Shown here: in pieces, positions 54,312 to 64,000 of the stretch | Numbering within the stretch: position 1 is the stretch's first letter | Layout: every line of letters begins with the position of its first letter | Position numbers and translations under genes: made by a program | NCBI GenBank assembly: GCA_010405405.1 | Contig: MU004237.1 | Coordinates: 1,437,345 to 1,501,344 of the forward strand | Origin: Microthyrium microscopicum | Taxonomy: Eukaryota | DNA length: 64,000 bases | Direction of reading: 5' to 3' | The notes under the pieces: generated by a model | Seen by the model: the letters and a program-made list of their open reading frames with translations, nothing else | Databases searched by the model: none | What the model was told of the DNA's origin: nothing

Positions 54312-57300
54312 ATGGAACTCAGTCGTCGCGATGTAATTCTCTCCGCCGTAGCCGTCTTCATCGCTTGGGGATACCTAACCCATTGGCTTCCCTCCCTACG
54401 CTTCCTACCTTACGCGTTCCTCGCTGGCGCCCTGTTTGTCCTCTTGGCCGGTTTATGGATCGTCCTCACAAACAGTCGTCCTTTGGAAGTAGACGATTCA
54501 CTACAACGCTATGGATCTCGAAACGTTGCCTTTGTTGCGCCATCGGCATGGAAGAAAGAAGTTGCTTCCTGGCGCGCTCGCTCAGCAACCCAGCCAAAAC
54601 CCATATACCCTCCCTCGTTACCGGTGTCGCATAGCTTCGATAAGCTGTTAAGTTTGGTCTTGCGCGACTTTGTGGTTAGTTGGTATAGCCAGATTAGCAA
54701 GCGCGCAGCATTCAAGAATGAAGTCGCAAAGGTTACAAGGGAATCGCTGGGAAATATCTTGGATCGATTACTTGACTTGGATCTGGTTGGAGCGGTTGTC
54801 TCACGCATTATACCAATTCTCACAACACATATGAAAGACTTTTACGAGGCTGAAAGAGCCGTACGTGGGAAGAAGCTCACGCGAAACATTACAGAGTCGG
54901 AAGATTTGGATCTGGCCATTGCAGCAAAGTTTAGGAATGGGAATCTGCACAAGGCAGCGTCTTTGGGTGCTGCAGACTCAAAAATGGTTCAACAGCAGTA
55001 CCTCCGGAGCGTTGTTATGCGACTTTTGCCTTTGATCATGCCAGTTGATGCGCTTACAAGCACAGCCGTCACGGTTCTGGTAAAAGAAATCGTAGCGTGT
55101 GCAGTCCTCGCACCTGCAATGAAACTTCTGGCCGATCCTGATACCTGGCACCAATTACTAGAGAACTATGGAAGAACTATTCTTCAAGAGCGAAAGAATA
55201 TCAGAAAACTCAGAGCCGCGTTGGAAGAACATGCTCCCCAAACACCAAAAGCCATCAAGCAAACGCCTTTCCCAAAGATCCATCCAAATGATAATGAGAG
55301 GAAATACGAAAGATTCATCCGAGCTATTAGACAATGTCATACTCTGTCTGATGCGAGAAGATTCAGGAGCGAAGTAGCTATTCAACTACGCAAGGAGTCT
55401 GATGTTTCCGGACAGGATCCCTTATACCTTCGAAGACTGGAGACTGGAAAGCGGATGCTTGATCAAAGAATATCACAACTTGGAGCTGCTGGGTCATCAA
55501 CCCAGAAAGGGGCGTTGCCAGTACAAGCCGTCAAGAGAAGTACACAATTAGAAACCACTACCCTGCGAGAGATTCTCTACAACGCTTCTGGTCTGTCGTA
55601 CTTCATGGAATTTATGGAGCGTCGGCATCTTATGCGCCTGGTCCAATTCTGGATCGTTGTTGATGGTTTTCGCAACCCTTTGGAAGATGAAAATGATCAA
55701 GCTACGCCTGTCAATTCTACATCTATAACTTGGACTCCAGCTGATCGTCAAGATATCGCTCAGATCAATGAGGGATATTTGACGAAACCCGAAATCAAGA
55801 TATCGCCATTAGCACATGAAGATGTTAAAGCTTTTCTTCGTGCTGGCAAGACTGCCACAAATGCTCAATACCAAGCTGCTCGTCGAGCAGTACTTCTCAC
55901 CCAGGGCACGGCTTATGATGAGATGCTTGACAACTACTTTCTCAACTTCAAGAAATCTGATCTCTGGTACAAATTTTTAGCTGCTGAAGACGCTATCGCT
56001 CGTCCCCTATCACCTCTCGGGAACCACACCTCAAACTCGCAGCACACAAACTCTCACAACGACCATCCTCCTACAAGACCAAAACCTCCACGCGCAGTCC
56101 ATACGTCCAAGGACTTGCGCCGTGCAGTCGCCTCATCCGCAGATCTCAAAGGCGCTGCAATCCGACACGTTGAAGAAGCCAATGGGCGTCGCTCGTTTGA
56201 TAGTAGTAGTAGCACGTCCCGCGCACCACTCTTTGATGACGATGTGGATAATGAACCAATGGCCAACTCAACAGCTAGCCTGGACTCGGATGTTGATGCA
56301 CCAACAAATGGCCATGAACAGGCACCTGAGGATCCACGCGTCGTTGATGCTATGCAAGCTGCACTTACGGATATCATGGGGTCCAAACCAGAGCCAGACG
56401 CACTCTTCTCTCCCGTCGACGATGACTCCATGCGCGGATCAATGGAACTTCCGAGGCCACATAGTGGCAGCCACAAATCTGCTTCAAACCTTTTTAAAGA
56501 TAAACCAAGTATTGCTTCACTGGGACTCGTAGAAGCACCAGGCAGACGAGGTGTTTTCGAAGATGACCTCTTCGCCGAGGAAACCAAATTCCCAGAAGAC
56601 GATAAAGAGGATCCCGATCCACCACTGCCTCAGGATGAGGACACCATTCACGAAGCTGCGCCTGGAGATCTGGGGCTCGCTGAAGCAATCGATGCCTTGA
56701 CGCTCGATATTGAGAAACTGGTGACGCAAGAATCCATTGTTGACTCATTAACCAAAAAGGCAGAATTAACCAACAATGCAGCCGAGCTACGGATATTGAG
56801 GAAGAGCAAGTCTAGTCTACAACGCGAGATAAGTAGGAAGGAGTTGCAAAGACAGCAGTATATTGTCCAAGAAAGTGACAACAGTCTGTTTGGCCGAGCC
56901 AATATCTCCATCAAGAACATAATGATCGGCGCTGAAGCGGATGGCAGGGAGTTTGCTATGTGTAAGCCACCCTTCATATATCATATTGACCATGCCCTAA
57001 CAGGAAACAGATATCATCGAAGTCGCCCGACAATCCAGCGCAGGCGAACAAATCCCCTCCGCAGTCTGGGTAGTAACCCGCCGCTACTCCGAATTTCACG
57101 AACTCAACAAACGACTCCGATCCCGCTATCCACAGATAAAGTCCCTCGACTTCCCGCGCCGACAGATGCCAGTGCTGAAACTTCAGAAAGACTTTCTCGA
57201 AAAACGACGCGGCAGCCTAGAGCGCTACCTACGCGCTCTGCTCCAAGTCCCAGCCATATGCCGCAGCCGCGAACTACGCTCCTTCCTCTCCCAGCATAGC

Positions 57301-58091
57301 CTGCCTACCGTTGGTGAACAGAGGAGTGATGAGGATAGTAGTAGAGATTTCGTCAGCCGCATCTATAGTAGCGTCACAGACGGCATGGAGGAGTTTCTAG
57401 GCAACATTCCTGTTCTGGATCAATTGAGTGTCGCTGGGCAGAATCTGATTAGTGCTGCTACGAGTCAGCTCAATGCCACCAATACTCCAGCAGGAACTGG
57501 GGCTGGTATAGAGGAATTGAGAGCGTCAGCAGAAGCAGAAGCTGAAATCGCCGCCTTTGAAACCAAGGAACTGGAACCCTTCGTCAAGCCCATCTGCGAT
57601 CTCTTTCTCGAACTCTTTGAACTTAACCGCGAAAACAACTGGCTCCGTGGACGTGCGGTCGTTCTCGTACTGCACCAATTACTTGGCGGAGCCGTTGAGC
57701 GGAAAGTGAGGGATTCTGCGAGGACGGTTCTGAGTCCGGAGGGCTTGACGAAGACAATTGATAGTATCACTGACCTCCTATGGCCAGGCGGTGGGCCACG
57801 GATTACGCCAAAGACGAGGAGCACGGCTGACAAAGCACTCAGTCGAAAGGAAGCAGGTGTGGTGCTAGCAAGTCTGGTCCCTGAGTTGGTGGGCAGTGTT
57901 GTTGGTAGAGCGAATGCGCATGGGGCGGCGAGACGATTATTGGCGATGTTGAATAATGAGCGGTTGAAGTGAGTTCCTCCATACTTCTGAGTTGATACGA
58001 AGCTAATGGTTGATCCAGTACTCATCTTGTTTTTACGTTGTTTGATGAAATCATAGCGATTGTATTTGGCGATGGCGTTGGTCGGGGGTGA
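54312..58091 (+). CDS. MDM1: PXA-RGS-PX-nexin C sorting nexin (Mdm1/SNX13-like)
   Basis: N-terminal TMs, LRDFVVSWY (PXA), GLSYFMEFM (RGS), RRYSEFHELN (PX), NWLRGRAVV (nexin C); introns near 56962-57010 and 57969-58018. Confidence 0.88.
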
Positions 58092-58459
58092 CTGTATATT
58101 AGCAGATGCTTCTACCGCAGGCTAAGAGAAGGCCCGGTGGAGGCCCCCTTGACCAGGGAAGAGGGCCATGTGAGGCTGTAAGTAATGCATAATTGAACTC
58201 TTACATTTATCTCTGGCAGTGGGAATTACACGATGCTTTTGGTGTTCCAACGTGAACCGGTAGACTCAGCCTGATACAGGGATACGGTATCCGATGTCGA
58301 CGGAAGCACGTCATTTGCAACAATTGACACCATCGCCGTGAAGCTTTTTCTTTGAACAATTTTATATCCACAACAACAATCGACAATCTCACATCATCAA
58401 TCAAAAAATAAACACAACCAAGCAACCAAAAGACTATATCATCAAACGGCATCGCCAAC

Positions 58460-59159
58460 ATGTCAATTAAAGCAACGCACGCCATCTCCCCATCTCCCCT
58501 CCCCCGAATCAAACCACTAATACTCCAATAGCAACATAACCTGGCACCCCTCCCTCTCCCGCACAGAACGCACAACCCTCCGCTCCCAAAAAGGCCTCAC
58601 CATCTGGCTAACCGGTCTCTCTGCCTCCGGCAAATCCACCATCGCCGTCGCCCTGGAACAACATCTCCTACACCAAGGACTCCAAACTTATCTGCTAGAT
58701 GGCGACAACATCCGCTTCGGCCTAAACAAAAACCTCGGTTTCAGTCCCGCCGACCGTTCAGAAAACATTCGCCGCATCGCCGAAGTCGCCAGACTTTTCG
58801 CGGACAGTTGTACGATTGCCATCGCTTCCTTCATTTCTCCGTATACAGCGGATAGACAATTGGCACGGGAGTTGCATGAGAAGGCTGGACCGCATGCTGA
58901 TGACAAAGAGGGTTTAGGTTTCGTGGAGGTATGGGTGGATGTGCCAGTGGAGGTTGCGGAGCAGCGTGATCCGAAAGGTCTATATAAAAAGGCGCGGGCG
59001 GGAGAGATCAAGGAGTTTACTGGGGTTAGTGCGCCGTATGAGGAACCGGTGAATCCGGAGATTCACATCAAGAGTGCGGAGACGAGTGTTGAGGATGCTG
59101 TGAAGCAGATTGTGGAGTTTTTGAATGAGCAGGGTGTATTGAAGACTGGATCGTCGTGA
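58460..59159 (+). CDS. MET14: Adenylyl-sulfate (APS) kinase
   Basis: [46 protein letters not shown] and FTGVSAPYE; first intron 58477-58531 is GC-AG. Confidence 0.95.
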
Positions 59160-59301
59160 ATGTAATATGCTAGGGATTCGATGTCGGATGAGGGAAAATG
59201 ATCTACACTGGCGTTTTAGACTGGCGGTGCATTTATTCAAATTCGGCTGCCGCCCGCCAGGTATAAGTTCCTGCTTTTGCAACACCAACTACATCGTGAT
59301 A

Positions 59302-59537
59302 CACCCGTTTGCGAAAGTTGAATGAGCGCCTAGACACCCCCTCCTACTACTTTTCAGGAAACTCGATCAGTTTTAACGAATCATAGCTTGAATAGCCGTG
59401 AAATGGAGTATGTAGAACGCTAAGTCAATACTAACTATTTTCCAATAATCGGCTGTTCTGCGCGTGAATGGTGCAAGTCTATAAAAATTAACATGCATGG
59501 GGGAGAGTTGGCGATCATCCCTTTTCGCAAACAGGTG
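59302..59537 (+). mobile_element. MITE copy A (Tc1/mariner-type, TA-flanked, 236 bp)
   Basis: Starts TA|CACCCGTTTGCGAAA and ends TTTCGCAAACAGGTG|TA; non-coding; homologous to 62296-62530. Confidence 0.85.
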
Positions 59538-59605
59538 TAATGAGAGCTTGGGTGTAATGAGAGCTCCGGTGTAATGAGAGCTCCGGTGTAATGAGAGCTC
59601 CGGTG
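59534..59605. repeat. 17-bp tandem repeat (GGTGTAATGAGAGCTCC) x about 4
   Basis: Units start at 59534, 59551, 59568 and 59585. Confidence 0.92.
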
Positions 59606-59862
59606 CAACCAATTCCAGTGCCTAGGCGCCAGACGTTTTCTCTTGAAGCTTCAACCCTCTCTCTCACTGCTTATGCTTGAATTGCTTTTCTCTCGGTATA
59701 ATGATCCATTTGCTGTTACCAGTTCATTTCAAACTATTTGGCTAAGCCAGAACTATCTTTCTTTGTCCCAGATTTATTAGTTCCACGATACTGCCATTTT
59801 TTGAACTCAATCATAGAGCAAGCAGTAAGAGCACAGGTAAACATATCGTTAGTCTTGAAACC

Positions 59863-60680
59863 TCAACGCAATGTACTTCCCCTTACACCCATAATCGAAA
59901 ATTCATGGTCGCTGAGACACACCACAGTGTTTCCCACATTCTTGACAGCGTCCTTGATAGGTGCGTTTGTGGTTGTATGTCCAGTGGCGTCAACTTCGGC
60001 TTTTACTTTAGTCTCAACGTATTTATCCTCAGCTTGGCTCTCATGCTCCGAATCAGATGATATGATGAACTTCGACACCAATTCACTTGGCAATCCGGAC
60101 TCGTCCAATTCCATGTATTGGGCTCCAACCAGATCATCACCTCCTCCTCTTCCTTGACAAGTACCTCATCTTCATCATCCTCTCCAGAATCATAGGTCGT
60201 CAGAAAGCGGTAGAGAGCTTGTCAGCCACTGCGACTCGACTTTTCTGCATGTCATCGGTAGGATAGATTGGCGCGCTCTTTTGAAGCATGCTGATGGCTC
60301 GAAGAGTTCTCTTCTTGGACTTTCTGTGACGTTCTTGTGCTTGATCGAACTGGCTTTTGAGATCTCCAATAGAACTGCGAGGGGTTTCTTGTGGGAAGAT
60401 TTGGACTTGAAAAGTCAGCGGTTGCTGTATGATTTGGATTCGACTTACGATTAACTGTTCCATTTCGTTCAAAGCCTTGCGAAGCATCTTGATCTCTTTC
60501 TTCTTGGGCATATTTGAAAATTTCCTGTAGTTTGTGGGTCTCAGATATGTTATGCCGCGTCGCTTTCATGGGTTGCAGGCTTTCTGTGTTGGCTTGCAAA
60601 TCTTCCTCCAGTCGCAGTGCTTCCTCCTGGTCTCTCTCTTCGTCGGCTTGCCGTCTTTGTGGGGCTGTCTGGAGTCAGCG
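59863..60680 (-). other. Possible orphan or degenerate multi-exon coding segment (charged, low complexity)
   Basis: Overlapping minus-strand ORFs 60252-60599, 60200-60511 and 59863-60114; CTGAC..CAG acceptor near 60670; no recognisable domain. Confidence 0.3.
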
Positions 60681-60997
60681 TCGAGGGTCATAGATTTGAA
60701 GTTTGCGTAGCATTTTGGCTGGATCAGATTGAAGGGTGCTTGGAGGGATTGGAAACTTCAAACTGTGTGCGCGAATAAGTTACGCCCAAATCTTGAATGT
60801 GGTTGCTCTTCGACCCTATTCCCCATACTGTTTTTCGGCGTTTTTGAGCTAAATCGGCCAAGGCTAGCAACGATTGTCCCAAGAACAACCGAGAGTGGAG
60901 GAGAAGTCAAAACACCGACAGATGTAAAAGTGGTGGGGCTGTCCCGTTATAGGCAGGAAGGAACGTCTCAAGCAGTTGCGCACTAACCGAAACAGGT

Positions 60998-61137
60998 GGG
61001 CACGATACAAACACGAGGAAGGCACGATACAAACACGAGCAAGGCACATGGCAAACACGAGGAAGGCACATGGCAAACATGAGGAAGGCACGATACAAAC
61101 ACGAGGAAGGCACAGGCAAACACATGGCAAGCACGTG
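60998..61137. repeat. 21-22 bp minisatellite (GGCACGATACAAACACGAGGAA-like), about 6 imperfect copies
   Basis: Visible tandem units alternating GGCACGATAC and GGCACATGGC variants. Confidence 0.88.
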
Positions 61138-61499
61138 GCCGGGAACTGGAAGAATCTAGTTCGTTCCTTCCATACATGCAATCTTGTGATCAAAGGCCAG
61201 AAATGGCATTTTGAGCCTAAGGCCTCTCGAATTGCGATACATTGTAGGGTTGGAAGTGCAAAACCATTGAGATTGTGTGGAATCAATTCGCGCAACCTGA
61301 CCTCTGAACTTTTTTTGTGTTGACCTAAGCGTAAAACATAAGCATCAAGAGGTTGGATGAAAGCTAAAGCTATATAATCAAACAGCAGAGCAGAGGGAAG
61401 CCGAAATGGGACAGAGAAATGGCCCAAGAAGCCTTCAAAAGGCAGAAATGCATATGTCCCTTTTGCAAAGCATGAAGTTTGTGTCAATTTGCATGGCGG

Positions 61500-61714
61500 C
61501 CAGCGGCATGGCAAAATAAATGGCGTACTCCCATCAGCTCTGATGGCGCCCAGAGGCTACGGTCTGCTATCGAGTGCTTTATTTGCCATAAAGGGCGTTT
61601 GGATTGGGAGTATTTATCAGATACGATGGGAATTAAAGCACCTTTTGGTTAGCAGCGCTGGTGGTAGCCATCAGAGTTGATGGGAGTACGCCATTTAAGT
61701 TGCCATGCCGTTGG
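61500..61714. mobile_element. Foldback/MITE-like element with about 48-bp inverted arms (61500-61547 and 61667-61714)
   Basis: CCAGCGGCATGGCAAAATAAATGGCGTACTCCCATCAGCTCTGATGGC versus the reverse complement of the right arm CCAACGGCATGGCAACTTAAATGGCGTACTCCCATCAACTCTGATGGC (4 mismatches by hand count). Exact ends and TSD not resolved. Confidence 0.7.
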
Positions 61715-62295
61715 GCGGCAGAGAACAAAATGGCGCTGTTGAGGCCGTTTTGTGAGCCGAGATTTCCCCAGCCATTCAATGTACAAAAATCGTAAAACAG
61801 CCGATGTTTTTGGAGGGCCATGATTGGATCTGAGCTAGAAGGTGGCTTTGGGGGTGGCTGGCGCACCTCAACCATGCTCTTTCATTGGTGGCCAGAAGTC
61901 ACAAAACTAACCCGGATTACGCGGGGAATGATCTAATATTGTTGTTTCGGGTGATGAAATCTTGACGGAAACCATTTTCCCCATTAAAGCTATTTAAATA
62001 TTTCGCAGCTCAATACCCTAGCGCGCGGGCAACATATAGCATACAGATTCGCTTCCTTGATCAGACGACTTTGAACATGTATGAAGTGCTTTCCGAGCTC
62101 AATGCTTTGCGTATCCAGCTCACACTCTTCAGTTGTAAGAGACAAACCTAGTTTAAGGATACTGGGTGTCTTTTCTTTATGAATTCATCCAAGAATATTT
62201 GGCAGTACACGGCATGAATGAATGCAACCGCAGAGTCTATATCCCAGTGCTTTCGCTAGCAGTACACCTCATTCATAGTCAAATCGCCTTGTATA

Positions 62296-62530
62296 CACCC
62301 GTTTGCGAAAAATGATGAGCGTCGACACTCCCTCATGTATGTCAATGTTTACAGACTTGCACTAATTATACGCAGAATAGCCTAGGGTGAGAATCGGTTA
62401 TTATTAGGCTAGCGTTCTAAATACTCCATTTCAAGGCTGTTTAAGCTCTCAATCGTTGAACTGATTGAATTTCCTAAAAAGCAATAGGAGGGGGAGTGTC
62501 TGGGTGCTTATCACTTTTCGCAAACGGGTG
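62296..62530 (-). mobile_element. MITE copy B (same family as A, inverted orientation, 235 bp)
   Basis: TA|CACCCGTTTGCGAAAA...TTTTCGCAAACGGGTG|TA; its reverse complement aligns end to end with copy A (e.g. GAAATGGAGTAT.TAGAACGCTA, GTGCAAGTCT). Confidence 0.88.
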
Positions 62531-62865
62531 TAGGCCATTATTTACCGGACCATACAAGTAGCTTTCTATAGAGCACCCCGACAGTTCCAGTAGTATCTGG
62601 TACGAGTTATTTCTTGACCTGATTATCGATCCCATTGCTTTAATCTCGTCATACAGATTCTGAAGATTGTTTGAACTCGGAAAGCTACAATTTATGGTGG
62701 AGCGTGTTCTACTATCGATTTCAATGCTATTGCGAGTACTCGACCGCTTAGAATGTAGATTGGGGTGGTATACTTAGAGCAGCCGAGTCAGGGAGTGCAA
62801 ATTCTAGATCTCATAAAGACTTCTTGAAAAATGGTGTATTAATCATCCTGCTTAAAAGAAAAGGT

Positions 62866-63381
62866 CTACTGCGCGGCCTTGATGGTATCAGCCCAGGTCT
62901 TGATATAAATCCTTTGCTCCTCTTCGGTGGTCAAGTTCTGGAAGACTTGATACTCGTACCTCCCAACGCCTAACAAATAATCCTTTCCCTCAATTGTCAT
63001 ACCCACATGACTCATCTCCACATTTCCAGTGCACTCTTGCACAACATTCCTTTTGACAGCCCTCCTATTTCTGGACCACTTCGCGCCCGAAATTGACTCG
63101 ATGTCATTCGAAACACCCCAGCACTCAAAGCCCCCGCCAATTAGAGCGCCACATAGGTCACCGCCTTGCTGGGAGAAGGCTTGGATGCCGAGACCCTGTG
63201 GAATCGCACGGGTCGATCTGCCGAGCCATCTGTCGCCGAGATGGCAACAGGCGCCTGGATCGATGGCAACGCATTGGCCGAAAATGCCGTTGCAACGGTT
63301 CTCATTGTAGAGACGAATGTCGACAGCGGTAATGCTGGAAGCCAGATAGAGGACGGCCATGATAAGTTTGGAAGGCGACAT
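62866..63381 (-). CDS. Small secreted cysteine-rich protein (effector-like)
   Basis: 171 aa; signal peptide MSPSKLIMAVLYLASSITA; 6 Cys before an RR/KR dibasic site, plus a C-terminal segment. Confidence 0.85.
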   Translation of the reverse strand: MSPSKLIMAVLYLASSITAVDIRLYNENRCNGIFGQCVAIDPGACCHLGDRWLGRSTRAIPQGLGIQAFSQQGGDLCGALIGGGFECWGVSNDIESISGAKWSRNRRAVKRNVVQECTGNVEMSHVGMTIEGKDYLLGVGRYEYQVFQNLTTEEEQRIYIKTWADTIKAAQ

Positions 63382-64000
63382 ATTGATTTCTGCACGACGC
63401 TGTTAGTAAGTACAGTGTGGAACTGGAGGCGTTGTATCCCACTTTGTAAGTATGTATTTTAGGCTATTGTGATCGAGAAGCTGGCTAGATCTGATGAAGT
63501 GATGGCTATCCGTAAAGCGAGACGAAGACTGATGGTTCGGAAGTCTTGACAATCGTCGTGCAGCTCTATCTTATATGCCATGCTTTGATTCTGAGATGGA
63601 TGCTGCCATTCCGTTTCTATAGTCCGTGATTCTTCAACTTATGCCCAGTAGGATTCAGAAGGATTGATTCTTCACTTGCGAAAAATTACGCTAAATATCA
63701 AAGTTATAGGATGATCATCCTGTAGGATTTGACAAAGGTCGTGCTGAATGGAAGTGAAGAAGGCCGAAATCAAGTGTTGCTAATAATACTTCTAGCCCTG
63801 GTTGAATGGAAAACTTAAATTGCAAGTGCTTGTCGTGATTTTTAGTCAAAATACAAGTCTACTTGTTACAAAGTATCTCGCTTACCGCAGCTTCGCAGCT
63901 TCCATCCAATTCAATAGCATGGCAAACCAGTCGTCCTTGGACGTAGGATTTTTCATTCCAAATCCATGTCCACCTCTCTCATAAATATGCATTGAAGCTG

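Overview
Intron-rich filamentous ascomycete (Pezizomycotina) genomic DNA with about 22 protein-coding genes and one intron-containing tRNA-Glu(CTC). Conserved housekeeping genes include aldehyde dehydrogenase, mitochondrial rhomboid, an SDR, an EamA transporter, a P450, Erv29/SURF4, Rax1, a PHD protein, a TPR-SET protein, a sugar porter, an Mdm1/SNX PXA-RGS-PX protein and APS kinase. Accessory-type genes include a divergent SNF2 ATPase, a HET-domain gene and secreted Cys-rich proteins. The most notable signal is a family of palindromic (foldback) elements. Three unusually long hairpin introns of one secreted-protein gene (14.6-15.4 kb), and probably the long intron of the HET gene (41.2 kb), resemble each other and a stand-alone inverted-repeat element at 61.5-61.7 kb, suggesting an introner-like or intron-targeting MITE family. 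That element lies between two inverted copies of a separate TA-flanked MITE of about 235 bp. Other oddities: an in-frame TGA in an otherwise intact gene, a GC-AG intron in APS kinase, and several 13-22 bp minisatellites. All gene models and alignments were done by eye, without database searches.
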